The notes under the pieces: generated by a model | What the model was told of the DNA's origin: nothing | The model's input: the letters and a program-made list of their open reading frames with translations, nothing else | Databases searched by the model: none | Part shown: in pieces, positions 8,635-19,944 of the stretch | Layout of the letters: the number at the start of each line of letters is the position of its first letter | How positions within the stretch are numbered: the first letter of the stretch is position 1 | NCBI GenBank assembly: GCA_963719225.1 | Contig: CAVRAY010000001.1 | Coordinates: 704,001-768,000 of the forward strand | Direction of reading: 5' to 3' | Origin: Thermoanaerobaculia bacterium | GTDB lineage: Bacteria > Acidobacteriota > Thermoanaerobaculia > UBA5066 | DNA: 64,000 nucleotides | Translations under genes and position numbers: made by a program

Positions 8635-10377
8635 TCAGCCGCCGACGCGCAGTTGGATCTTCGGCGCCTCGAAGACGAGCGGGGTCGCGCCCTCTTGCGT
8701 CTCTTCGCCCGCGAGATGAAGGGTTATGCGCTTTCCGGCCAGCGTCGAAAGATCGACCGACAACCGCTTTGCCTTTTCGCGGGGAACGAACGCCCGCTCG
8801 TCGAGGGAGACTGGCGAACCTTCCGCCGTCAGCGAGACGCGTGCGCCCCGCCCGAACTGCCGGTCGCCGGGCGCCGCCCGGACGACCGTTGAAAACGTGG
8901 CGCGGCGCGTTTCGGGCGGGAGGTCGACGCTCCATGCCATCGCGGCGCCCGGGGGTAGAACGAGGTCGAGCCGATGAAAGTCATTCGGGTCGGCGCGGGT
9001 CCGTCCGTCGCGCGAGAAAAAGGCCGGAGCGTTCGGGGGTTCGACACCGACGCGGCCCACGGCGACGTCTCCTTGCATCAGGTACGTGCGCCGCGGACCG
9101 AAGACGGACAGCCGGTGCGCCTCCAACGCGTCGCCAAGACGGGGGAGCTCGTCCCATGGACCCTCGTCGCCCCACTGAAAAACCAGCGAATGGCAGGGCG
9201 CGGGCGCCGTTCGCCACGCTCTCAGGCAGGACGCGGAAGCGGGCGATCGCGACTGAAGATAGAAGGACTTGTCTTCCCAGGTGGCTTGCACCCTCAGCGT
9301 CATAAGCGTGACGACGAGGATCCCACCCGTCCGAACGGGAGGGGGCGCCTCGGCGAACAGTATGAGCAGCCCCATCCAGAAGAGCGCCATCGGGAACACG
9401 TACCAGGGCGCGACGCCCACCCGAAAGAGAGCGATTTGGAAAGCGACCAGCAACGCCCACGCGAGCAGGAGAAGAGCGGGAAGACAAGCGCGTAGCCTGG
9501 TTCGGAAGAGGACCAGCATCGCAACGAGCATGAGCAGCCCAGTCGCGCCCACGGCTTGCGATCCAAGACTCGGTGTGCCGGCGGCGATCCCGTTCACGAA
9601 AGGCCGTCCAAGAAGGTCCAGGATGGACACGATTTTCAGGCTAGAAACTGGTGTTAGGGCCTTGGAACCCACCGTGCTGAAGAAGAGCGGCCAGGCATAT
9701 TGAGCCGCACCCGCGACAGCTCCGCAAAGAAAGATCGCCCATGCTCCGAACGAGCGGATGCGAAGGAGAAGGAGCGCGGCCGCGAATATCGGCCACGTCA
9801 TGACTCCGCCGCCCCAGGACCACGAAGCGAGGATCCCGCCAAATGCAAGAGCCGTCGCGAGCGCGAGCGGTCTCTCTCTCCATTGCACGACCGCGCAGGC
9901 ACCGATCGCGACCCCAAGCTGCGAAATGCCGTACTGCAAAGCAGGCTCGCCGAACGTGAAGACCGTCACGCGCGACGTCGAGAAGACGAGGAGCGACAGG
10001 AGAGGGAGGAGGAGCCAGCGTGTGTGTCTCGGGATGGCCGCCGTCAGGAGAGCGAGCGTGGCTCCCGCGAGCGCGAGACCGAGGCCGAGCTCAAACCACA
10101 CCGACCAGTGAAAGAACCGAGCGTTCAGGTAGTAAATCGGAAAGATGGCGAGCCCGGAATGTGCTCCGCCGATCCAGGCTTCCTGGAGGAACTTCTGCAG
10201 GGAACACGTCCCTTCGAGCATCGAGCGGACGAGCGAGACGCGATGGACGTAGTCGTTGGAGAGGTTGTTCTCGCCGTTCGTGAAGACGATCCACGCCATG
10301 CGCGCTGGCGGCAGGAGCGCCAGGAACAGCGACGCGGCCCTTGCCGAAGCGGAAGCCGGCCTCTCCTGTTCCGTCAC
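8635..10377 (-). CDS. Polytopic membrane protein (GT-C-like) with a soluble C-terminal domain
   Basis: Many hydrophobic segments followed by a beta-rich domain; start overlaps the holB stop. Confidence 0.6.
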   Translation of the reverse strand: MTEQERPASASARAASLFLALLPPARMAWIVFTNGENNLSNDYVHRVSLVRSMLEGTCSLQKFLQEAWIGGAHSGLAIFPIYYLNARFFHWSVWFELGLGLALAGATLALLTAAIPRHTRWLLLPLLSLLVFSTSRVTVFTFGEPALQYGISQLGVAIGACAVVQWRERPLALATALAFGGILASWSWGGGVMTWPIFAAALLLLRIRSFGAWAIFLCGAVAGAAQYAWPLFFSTVGSKALTPVSSLKIVSILDLLGRPFVNGIAAGTPSLGSQAVGATGLLMLVAMLVLFRTRLRACLPALLLLAWALLVAFQIALFRVGVAPWYVFPMALFWMGLLILFAEAPPPVRTGGILVVTLMTLRVQATWEDKSFYLQSRSPASASCLRAWRTAPAPCHSLVFQWGDEGPWDELPRLGDALEAHRLSVFGPRRTYLMQGDVAVGRVGVEPPNAPAFFSRDGRTRADPNDFHRLDLVLPPGAAMAWSVDLPPETRRATFSTVVRAAPGDRQFGRGARVSLTAEGSPVSLDERAFVPREKAKRLSVDLSTLAGKRITLHLAGEETQEGATPLVFEAPKIQLRVGG

Positions 10378-11318
10378 AGCCCCAGCGCGAAGGCTTCCGT
10401 CGCGAGCTTCACGTTGCGGCGGGAGTCGGTGAGGCTCGCGGCGAGCTCGAGGGCGTCCGACGCCGCGTCAAGGAGATCGGCGGTCTTCGCCGTTCCGAGT
10501 CGCGCGAGGTCCTTGAAGCGCTCGCGGAAGAGGATGTGGCGGCCGGCGGGATCGACGGGAGCGGCCGCGGCGTCACGAAGGAGCTGCGCGAGGAGCTGGA
10601 GGCGGCGGACGGCCTCGGGCCCGTCCTCGGCTCCGAGGAGCGTACCCAGTGCGAGCGACCAGGAGAGGGAGCGCGTGAGGAAGACGCCGGAGACGGCTTC
10701 GAGGAGCGCGTCGCGGGTCGCGCGCGCCTCGGCGAGGTCCAGCTCGGCCGCTTCGTCCGCGTCGTTCGGCACGAACGCCGCGCGCGCCTCGGCTTCTTCC
10801 TCGCCCAACCCGCGGCTCCTCAGGGCGGTGGCCGTCTCTTCGCGTGTCGCTCCCGGGACCGGGCGGAGCGCGACGCGCGAGAGGATCGTGGGCGGGAGAA
10901 GGCGCGGGCGCGTGGCGGTCAGGATGAAGCGGGTCTTCGTGGGCGGCTCCTCGAGGATCTTCAGGAGCGCGCTGAACGCGGCGCTCTCCGTGCGGTCCAC
11001 GTCGAGGAGAACGACGGCGCGGAACGGCGCCTCGTAGGGAAGGCGCGTCGCGTCGGCGGCGACGGCGCGCACGAGCGCGGTCGGCAGCGTCGTCTCCTTG
11101 CCGTCCGCCTCCTCGAATGGAGGGGGGTTCACGCGGCGCCGCCTCTCCGGCGCGGCGACCATGAGGTCGGGATGCTCGCGCCGGTAGACGCGGCGCGCGG
11201 CGGGTGATTCGGGGTCGAAGCCGGGACCGCAGACGATCTCGGCCGCCGCCTCGAGCGCGAGGGCCTCGAGGCGCCGCCCGCCAGGGCCCGCGAGGAGAAC
11301 GACCGGCGCGCCGCTCAC
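10374..11318 (-). CDS. holB: DNA polymerase III delta-prime subunit
   Basis: HPDL, ALLKILEEPP, LLPPTILSR motifs; downstream of tmk (conserved order). Confidence 0.8.
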   Translation of the reverse strand: MSGAPVVLLAGPGGRRLEALALEAAAEIVCGPGFDPESPAARRVYRREHPDLMVAAPERRRRVNPPPFEEADGKETTLPTALVRAVAADATRLPYEAPFRAVVLLDVDRTESAAFSALLKILEEPPTKTRFILTATRPRLLPPTILSRVALRPVPGATREETATALRSRGLGEEEAEARAAFVPNDADEAAELDLAEARATRDALLEAVSGVFLTRSLSWSLALGTLLGAEDGPEAVRRLQLLAQLLRDAAAAPVDPAGRHILFRERFKDLARLGTAKTADLLDAASDALELAASLTDSRRNVKLATEAFALGL

Positions 11319-11974
11319 GCGCGCCTCCGGGGGGAGACGAAGAGAGACCGAAGATTTTCTTCGAGTGAAAGAAAGACTTCGGACGCGGGCGGCGTCGCGT
11401 CGATGACGACGAACCTTCTTGGCTCCTTCTTGACTCGACGCAGGTATGCGGCCCTCACTCTTTCATGGAAATCTCTATCTTCTCTTTCGAACCTGTCGAA
11501 CGAGGCAGCTCGGCGGTTCGCGACGCGCGCGAACGCGACATCCACCGGCAGGTCGAAAAGATACGTTCGATCGGGGTTCCGCTTGCACCAGCGCTCGTGG
11601 AGCTCGTCGACGCGCTTCTCGCCGAGCCTCCGGCCCGCACCCTGGTAGGCGCGAGAGGCGTCCGTGTACCGGTCGCAGAGGACGTGCGTCCCGGCCGCGA
11701 GGGCGGGCTCGATCATGGTCATGAGGTGATGCCGCCGGTCCGCCATCATGAGGAGGAGCTCGGCACCCGCGTCGATGTGATCCCTGGAATGGAGGAGCGC
11801 TTCGCGCAGGTGCCGCCCGAGCTCCGTCCCGCCGGGGTTCCGCGTCGCGAGGACCGGAAAGCCCCGTGCCTCCACCCAGGCGGCGGCGCGCGCGACCTGC
11901 GTGGTCTTTCCCGAGCCCTCGATCCCCTCGAAAGTCAGGAAAAGTCCGCGGGTCACGACGCCGGATTCTCGCAT
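11315..11974 (-). CDS. tmk: Thymidylate kinase
   Basis: FLTFEGIEGSGKTTQ, VLCDRYTDASRAYQG, DRFEREDRDFHERVR; exact start uncertain. Confidence 0.95.
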   Translation of the reverse strand: MRESGVVTRGLFLTFEGIEGSGKTTQVARAAAWVEARGFPVLATRNPGGTELGRHLREALLHSRDHIDAGAELLLMMADRRHHLMTMIEPALAAGTHVLCDRYTDASRAYQGAGRRLGEKRVDELHERWCKRNPDRTYLFDLPVDVAFARVANRRAASFDRFEREDRDFHERVRAAYLRRVKKEPRRFVVIDATPPASEVFLSLEENLRSLFVSPRRRA

Positions 11975-12034
11975 GCAGGTTCAGCGCCTGCCCCGGAACG
12001 ATACTGGCATGCCGTTCGTATACTGAGGCAGCGC

Positions 12035-14641
12035 ATGTCGGTTCTGACGCCGGACCCGAGCAGCCCGGAGGGCGCTGTCGGCGTACCCGGCCGCTCGCCG
12101 CGGAGCGTCCTCATCTTCGTCGGGGCCCTCGGCTGCCTTCTCGCCCTCCTATCCGTCGTGGACATGTTCATGCCGAAGGCCTACGACGGCGTCGTGCCCG
12201 ACCCGTACTCCATGGGCGGCATCCTCGTCCGCGACCTCGTCCCCGGGGGAGCGGCCGAAAAGGCAGGCCTCAGGCCCGGAGACACGGTGCTCGGCATCGG
12301 GCACCACATGCTCAATAAGGCCGCCGAGGCGCCCGCCGAGCTGCGCCGGCACCGGTCGGGCGAGGCCGTGGACTACCTCGTGAGACGGGGACCGGACGTC
12401 TTCGAGACGAAACTCGCGCTCACCCCCTTCCGCCTGGGCTCCGCGTCGTATTTCTACTTCGCGTTCCTGGGCCTCCTCTTCTTCGTCCTGGGAGCCTTCG
12501 TGGTCTCGCGCCGGCCGGACGACGCGGCGGTCCAGGTCTTCTACGTCCTGTGCATCCTGTTCATGCTGTTCTTCATCTGCCGCCTGCGTCCGTCCAGCTA
12601 TTACTGGATCGACTACGTCGTGCAGGTCGCCGGCACGCTCGCCCTCTTCCTCCTGCCGGCGGTGTTCCTGCACTTCTTCCTCCTCTTCCCGAAGAAGAAG
12701 ACGTTCCGGTTCGCCGACCGTGCCTCCGAGGACGTGCCGCCGGCTCCCTGGCTCAACCTGCTCCAGAATTTCCTCAATCGCTCGCCGCTCCTGCTGACCG
12801 TCCTGTACACGCTTCCGCCCGTTCTCTACGTCCTTCAGATGGCGTGCGCGCGAGGCGGCGGCCCGCGCCGGCTCATCTACGGCGCGCCCACGCTGAACTG
12901 GATCCTGCTCGCCGACTACCTCATCCTCGGCCTCCTCGCGCTCGCGCACACGTGGTGGACGAGCGAGGACCGCGCGGCGCGCCGCCCGATCCTCGTCCTC
13001 CTGATCGGCACGGTGGCGGGGATCGTGCCGTTCGTCGTCTTCGCCGTCTTCTTCCCGTCTCTCTTCCGCGAGGACCGTTATCTCGCGTGGGGCGTCGTGC
13101 CGATGGCAATCATCCCGCTCACGTTCGCGTACGCGATCGTGAGGTTCCGGCTCTTCGACGTCGAGGTCATCGTCCGGAAGTCCCTCGTGTACGCGATCCT
13201 GACGGCGGTCGTCACGGGGTTCTACGCGCTCTGCGTCGTGGCCGGGAACGCGATCGTCTCGACCGTCTCGTCGTCGACGCTGTTCTCGTCTCCCGCGTTC
13301 GCCTTCGGCTTCGGGCTCGTCGTCGTTCTCCTCTTCGATCCGCTGCGCAGGCGGATGCAGCGCGTCGTGGATCGCGTGTTCTTCCGCGACCGCGCGGACT
13401 TCCAGCAGGCGCTCCTGGACATGAGCCGCTCCGTCGTTTCGCAGCTCGAAAGGCCGAAGCTGCGGGCGCTCCTGACGTCGCGGACGGCCGAGCTCCTGAG
13501 GCTGGAGAGCCTCGACCTCCTCCTGCCCCGCGGCGAGGACGGCGCCTTCACGGACGGCTCGAGCGGCGGCGCGAGCCTGCCCGCGCTTCCGATGGGGGCG
13601 GTGCTGCCCCGCCTCGTCCTCGAGAAGGGCGCTCCCGTTCGACTCGCAGAGCTGGACGGCTGGATGCTCGATCCCGACTCGCGCGCGTTCGTGGCGGCCG
13701 CGAAGCGCCGGCCGATCACGGTCGTCCTGCCGCTCGCGACGCAAGGCAAGCTCCTCGGGCTTCTCGCCGTCGGCCGCAAGCGCTCCGAGGAAGAGCTCTC
13801 CCGCGAGGACCTCGATCACCTGCTGACGATCGCGAATCAGGGCGCTCTCGGGCTCGAGGCCGCGGGCCTCCACGAAGAGCTCACGCGCCGGGCGGAGGTG
13901 GAGCGCGATCTCGACATCGCGCGGGAGATCCAGACGAGCCTCTTTCCGCGAGAGCTGCCGCGCGTGCCCGGCGTGTCGTTCTTCGGCGTCAGCCGGCCGG
14001 CGCGCGTCGTCGGAGGCGACTTCTACGACTTCCTCGAGGTCGACGGCGACGTGCGGACGGGCGGGCGCCTCGGCCTCGTCGTGGGCGACGTGTCGGGCAA
14101 GTCGATCCCGGCGTCCCTCCTCATGGTCGCCGCCAAGGAGATCGTCTACGCCCGGGCGATGGCCGATCCCGATCCGGGCGTCGTGTTCCGCGAGGCGAAC
14201 CGGCGCCTGTACGACATCAAGCGGCGGATGTTCGTGTCGCTCGCCTATTTCCTCCTCGACCCGAAAGCGCTCTCGCTCACGTACGCGTTCGGCGGCCAGC
14301 CGACGCCTCTCCTCGTGCGCGCGGGCTCGAGCGCGGCGGTGGAGATCCCGGCGCCGGTGAATCGCCTCCCTCTCGGCGCGTTCCGCGACGTCCCGTACGA
14401 CACGGTGACGTCCTACTTTTCGCCGGGAGACCTCCTTCTCTTCTACACGGACGGGCTGAACGAGGCGATGTCCGCCGAAATGGCACCGTACGGGGACGAG
14501 AGGCTCAAGGCCTCGTTCGTCCGCCACGCGAAACGCCCCCTGCCGGAGCTCGCCGACGAGCTTCTCGAGGACATCCGGCAGTTCACCCAGGACGCCGAGC
14601 AATACGACGATCAGACCTTCGTCCTGATGCGGATCACCTAG
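12035..14641 (+). CDS. Membrane PP2C/SpoIIE-type phosphatase: TM-PDZ-multiTM-GAF-PP2C
   Basis: PDZ (VPGGAAEKAGLRPGD), TM block, AREIQTSLFP, VGGDFYD, GDVSGKS, YTDGLNEA, DDQT. Confidence 0.9.
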   Translation: MSVLTPDPSSPEGAVGVPGRSPRSVLIFVGALGCLLALLSVVDMFMPKAYDGVVPDPYSMGGILVRDLVPGGAAEKAGLRPGDTVLGIGHHMLNKAAEAPAELRRHRSGEAVDYLVRRGPDVFETKLALTPFRLGSASYFYFAFLGLLFFVLGAFVVSRRPDDAAVQVFYVLCILFMLFFICRLRPSSYYWIDYVVQVAGTLALFLLPAVFLHFFLLFPKKKTFRFADRASEDVPPAPWLNLLQNFLNRSPLLLTVLYTLPPVLYVLQMACARGGGPRRLIYGAPTLNWILLADYLILGLLALAHTWWTSEDRAARRPILVLLIGTVAGIVPFVVFAVFFPSLFREDRYLAWGVVPMAIIPLTFAYAIVRFRLFDVEVIVRKSLVYAILTAVVTGFYALCVVAGNAIVSTVSSSTLFSSPAFAFGFGLVVVLLFDPLRRRMQRVVDRVFFRDRADFQQALLDMSRSVVSQLERPKLRALLTSRTAELLRLESLDLLLPRGEDGAFTDGSSGGASLPALPMGAVLPRLVLEKGAPVRLAELDGWMLDPDSRAFVAAAKRRPITVVLPLATQGKLLGLLAVGRKRSEEELSREDLDHLLTIANQGALGLEAAGLHEELTRRAEVERDLDIAREIQTSLFPRELPRVPGVSFFGVSRPARVVGGDFYDFLEVDGDVRTGGRLGLVVGDVSGKSIPASLLMVAAKEIVYARAMADPDPGVVFREANRRLYDIKRRMFVSLAYFLLDPKALSLTYAFGGQPTPLLVRAGSSAAVEIPAPVNRLPLGAFRDVPYDTVTSYFSPGDLLLFYTDGLNEAMSAEMAPYGDERLKASFVRHAKRPLPELADELLEDIRQFTQDAEQYDDQTFVLMRIT

Positions 14642-14704
14642 AAACTCGAGGTGCCGCGGGCGCGTATCATGAGAGGGCCGCCGGTGCGGCCCTCCGGAGG
14701 ATCC

Positions 14705-16150
14705 ATGCCGTTCGCGTCTCCCCGCTCCCTGCGCCCCCTGGCCCTCACCCTCGTGGTGACGGGTCTCGCGGTGGCCGGGACCGCCGCGGCCTTCTTCCTG
14801 AGGAGCCGCCGGGACGTCACGACGTCCTCGGAACAGGCGCGGAAGGCCTACAACGAGGCGCGCGAAAACGACATCAAGCTGTACGAGCGCGAGGCCATTT
14901 CCGGGTACGCGAAGGCGCTGCAGTACGACCCGCATTTTGTCATGGCGACGCTCCGGCTCGCAGACAAGATCCGGAGCCGCGATCCGGAGCGGGCGAAGTC
15001 CCTCCTTGCGTCGGCGGCGCGTTCGCGCGAAGAGCTCACGCCTCGCGAGCAGCTCATGCTCAGGATCTACGAAGAGCGCTGGGGGAAGCGTGACGTCGCG
15101 ACCCTCGGCGCGCTCTACGACGAGTACCAGCGGAGGTTCCCGGACGATCCCGAGGGCTATCTCATGCGGTGCAATTTCCTGGCGATGCAGAAGCGCACCC
15201 CTGAGGCCCTTCAGGAATACGAGCGTCTCCTCAAGGTGAATCCGAACTACGCGTACGCCTACAACACGCTCGGCTACGCAGCCGCGGCGCGCGGCGACTA
15301 CGCGAAGGCCGAGGATTACCTCAAGCGCTACCGCTATCTCGCGCCGGACCAGGCGAACCCTCTCGACTCGCTCGGCGAGCTCTACGCGCTCACCGGGCGT
15401 TACGACGAGGCCGAGGACGTCCTCAAGAAGGCGCTCGCCGTGAAGAGCGACTTCTTTCCCGCGCTGGGCCACCTCGGCACCGTTGAAATCGGCCGAGGAA
15501 ATCCCGCGAAGGCCGCCCAGTACTTCCTCAAGGCATCGGAAGAGGCGACTCAGCCGATGGCCCGCCTCGACTTCCGCTTCTACGCTTCGATCGCGCTCCT
15601 CGACGCAGGGGACGTCGTGGCCGCGGGCAAGGAGAGGGACCGCTTCGCCGCGGAAACGGCCGGCCTCCCGCCCGGAGCGGAAGCGGATCGGCTTCGCGCC
15701 AAGATCGCGTTCCTCCAGGCGGCGTTCCTCGCTCTCAAGGGCGAGACGGCGGGGCTCGACGCCCTGCTCGCGACCGCGACCGCTCCGTACCAGAAGGAGC
15801 CGGAGGCCGAGAAGAAAGGCGCGGAGAGGGATGTCGCGTTCGTCCGCGGAGTCGCGGCGGCGCGGTCCGGCCGCTGCGAGGAGGCGGTGCCGCTCCTCAA
15901 GGGGGCCCAGCAGCCGGAAGGGGAGTTCGGGCTCGGGGGAACGCAGTATTACCCGGCGCGGGACTTCGGCCGCGTGCTGGTGGCCCGCTGCCTCCACGAC
16001 CTTGGTCGGGACGAAGAGGCGGAAAAAGAGCTCGCGCCGCTCCTGAAGAGAAACCCGCGCTTCGCGCCCGCCGTCGCCCTCGCCGCGCGTCTGAACCCTG
16101 AAAAGCCGGCCGCCGGCGCCCCTGACGCCCGCGCTCAGGGCGTCCCCTGA
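14705..16150 (+). CDS. TPR-repeat protein with N-terminal membrane anchor
   Basis: GGAGG RBS; hydrophobic anchor; TTSSEQARKAY and repeated TPR helices (NPNYAYAYNTLGY, ANPLDSLGELY). Confidence 0.85.
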   Translation: MPFASPRSLRPLALTLVVTGLAVAGTAAAFFLRSRRDVTTSSEQARKAYNEARENDIKLYEREAISGYAKALQYDPHFVMATLRLADKIRSRDPERAKSLLASAARSREELTPREQLMLRIYEERWGKRDVATLGALYDEYQRRFPDDPEGYLMRCNFLAMQKRTPEALQEYERLLKVNPNYAYAYNTLGYAAAARGDYAKAEDYLKRYRYLAPDQANPLDSLGELYALTGRYDEAEDVLKKALAVKSDFFPALGHLGTVEIGRGNPAKAAQYFLKASEEATQPMARLDFRFYASIALLDAGDVVAAGKERDRFAAETAGLPPGAEADRLRAKIAFLQAAFLALKGETAGLDALLATATAPYQKEPEAEKKGAERDVAFVRGVAAARSGRCEEAVPLLKGAQQPEGEFGLGGTQYYPARDFGRVLVARCLHDLGRDEEAEKELAPLLKRNPRFAPAVALAARLNPEKPAAGAPDARAQGVP

Positions 16151-16157
16151 GCGCGAG

Positions 16158-17651
<1,494 letters not shown>

Positions 17652-17658
17652 AAGCCCG

Positions 17659-19944
17659 CTACGGCTCCTTGCGGATGAGCTTCCAGAGCGCGGTTCGATC
17701 CGGAGCCAGGAGCTCGGCGATGCGCTCATGGTTCACGTCGGCCACGATGATCTGGCCGACCTCGGTCGTGACCTCGCGGTAGATGCCGTGGACCTTCATC
17801 TTCGCGGCCTGATACTGGTTGTCCTCTGTGGGAGAGACGTAGTGCACCGAGTCGACCCGGAAGCGATGAATCAGGAAGAGGTGGACGAGGTCCATGAGGC
17901 GTTTCTTTCGGAGCGCCTCCGCGAAGGTGTTCTGGTCGCGCACCGAGAGGATGCTGCGGCCCCGCCGGTCGTGGATGGGCGCGAAGACGACGTTCGCGTG
18001 CTTCTCGTTCCCGTTGCCCGTGATACCGAGCTCGAGCAGCTCCGAGCCGGCGCTGTGCGGCCGTAGCTGGACGCGGAGCGGGCCGGGGAGGCCGTAGTGC
18101 TGCGTCCACATCCCGAGCCACTCCTCGAGGAGCTTCTTCGGCACCTCGGTCTGCACGAGGTGCTGGTGCTGGGTCGACCCCTTGCCCATGGCCATGGTCG
18201 TCGCCGTGCGCCCCGACGTGGCGGTCAGGGCGGCGTCCGCGCGCGGCCCGCCGACGAGCGTCTGCGGCGTGCGGTACGGCGACTCGACCATGCGGAGCTT
18301 CCGCTGCAGGCGCGCGAGGGCCAGCATGCCGTCCTGCCGGAGGGCCGTCGCGAGCTCCTCGGCGGCGAGGCCGTCGATCTGGTGGCCGCCGTACGTGATG
18401 AAGTTGAAGACGAAGCCGAGCTTGCCGAGCTCTTCGGGGAATCGCCGCATGTCATCGTCGCTCATGCCGGTCGTGTCCCAGCTGAACGACGGCGAGAGGT
18501 TGTAGGCGAGCATCTTGTCGGGGAACTCGGCGTGGATCGCCTCGGCGAACTCGCGGGCGTCGGCGAGGTTGGCGGTCTTCGTCTCCATCCACAGGAGGTC
18601 GGCGAACGGCGCGGCGGCGAGCGACTTGGCGATGGCGTACGGGATGCCTCCCCGAACCTGGTAGAAGCCCTCCGACGTCCTAGCCAGCTCGCAGTCCCAG
18701 TCCACGTCGGCGCCGAGGGCGCGTGCCTTCTCGCGGGCGGCATAGAGCGAGGAGCGCGCGGCGAACCAGCGCCACTCGTCGGGGCTCGTCTCGAGCGGCT
18801 CTCCTTCGCTCGCGCGGAAGTCGAGCACTTCGGCGACCGCTTCGCCGTACGGCTCCAGGATGGCCTCGGTCTCCCACGCGTCGAGGAAGGTGGAGGCGAC
18901 CCGGTCGAACGTCGCGTCGAGAGAAGCTTCCTTCCCGCTCCGGTAGGCCGAAGCGGCCTCCGCGGCCAGCCGCAGGAGCCCCTTGCGCTCCAGCCAGGCG
19001 GAGGCGGCCCTGTGTTCGCCGTCGGGCACGGCGTAAAGGAGGTGGCCGTTGAGCTCGCGGACGCCCAGCTCGTGGAAATGGCGGATGAGCGCGAGGTAGC
19101 AGGCCTTGTAGGCCGGCACGCCGAGGTTCGTCGCGCCGAGGAGGAACGGCTGGTCGCGCTCGTCCGCGCGGCCGTCGAGGAGGTTGGCCGCTTCCGCGTC
19201 CGTGCGGGCGACGATGATGCCGGCGACTCCCATGACGTCGAGCTGGAAGCGGGCGGCGTTCAGCCTCTTGTTCTGCTCGTCCTGCGCGACGAGCACCTTG
19301 CCGCCCTGGTGGCCGCACTTCTTCGTGCCCGGGCGCTGGTCCTCGATGTGGTAACCGGGCACGCCGGACTCCACGAAGCGGCGGATCAAATTGCGGACGT
19401 GAGGGTCGCCGCCGTGGCCGGTGTCGGCGTCGGCGATGATGAACGGGCGGAAGTCGTGCGCCGGAGCCGCGGCGCGCTGAGCCTCGGTCATGCGCGAGCG
19501 CAGGTACTGCTGGTTGCGGTCGGCGGTGAGGAGGGCGCGCACGAGCGTCGCGGCCTCGTCCGGCACCTGGCTGAGAGGGTAGCTCGCGAGATCGGGCCCC
19601 GGGTCCTCGCTCGTTCCGCCCTTGGCGGAGGTCGCCCATCCGCCGAGGTAGATCCCTTCGATCCCCATCCGCTTCATCGTCACGGCCTGTCCCGGCGAGT
19701 AGGGGCCGAAAGTCGTGATGCTCCTTCTCTCGCTGAAGAGCTGGCGCAGGCGATCGTAGAACGCCGCCGCGGCCTCGCGCGCCACCGTGTAGTCGTGGGC
19801 GATGGTGCCGCGCTGCTCGACGACCTGGCGCGCCGTGTAGAGGCGGGTGATCCCCGCGAAGCGCGGGCTGTCGAACCACCGCTGGGTGGCGGCGACTTCC
19901 TTCTCGAACGAGGTCGTGGCGGGAGCTGCGGTCTCGGTTGTCAT
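17659..19944 (-). CDS. aceA: Isocitrate lyase, long ICL2 type (761 aa)
   Basis: KKCGHQGGK catalytic motif, [19 protein letters not shown]; extra C-terminal domain; ATG overlaps the malate synthase TGA. Confidence 0.93.
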   Translation of the reverse strand: MTTETAAPATTSFEKEVAATQRWFDSPRFAGITRLYTARQVVEQRGTIAHDYTVAREAAAAFYDRLRQLFSERRSITTFGPYSPGQAVTMKRMGIEGIYLGGWATSAKGGTSEDPGPDLASYPLSQVPDEAATLVRALLTADRNQQYLRSRMTEAQRAAAPAHDFRPFIIADADTGHGGDPHVRNLIRRFVESGVPGYHIEDQRPGTKKCGHQGGKVLVAQDEQNKRLNAARFQLDVMGVAGIIVARTDAEAANLLDGRADERDQPFLLGATNLGVPAYKACYLALIRHFHELGVRELNGHLLYAVPDGEHRAASAWLERKGLLRLAAEAASAYRSGKEASLDATFDRVASTFLDAWETEAILEPYGEAVAEVLDFRASEGEPLETSPDEWRWFAARSSLYAAREKARALGADVDWDCELARTSEGFYQVRGGIPYAIAKSLAAAPFADLLWMETKTANLADAREFAEAIHAEFPDKMLAYNLSPSFSWDTTGMSDDDMRRFPEELGKLGFVFNFITYGGHQIDGLAAEELATALRQDGMLALARLQRKLRMVESPYRTPQTLVGGPRADAALTATSGRTATTMAMGKGSTQHQHLVQTEVPKKLLEEWLGMWTQHYGLPGPLRVQLRPHSAGSELLELGITGNGNEKHANVVFAPIHDRRGRSILSVRDQNTFAEALRKKRLMDLVHLFLIHRFRVDSVHYVSPTEDNQYQAAKMKVHGIYREVTTEVGQIIVADVNHERIAELLAPDRTALWKLIRKEP

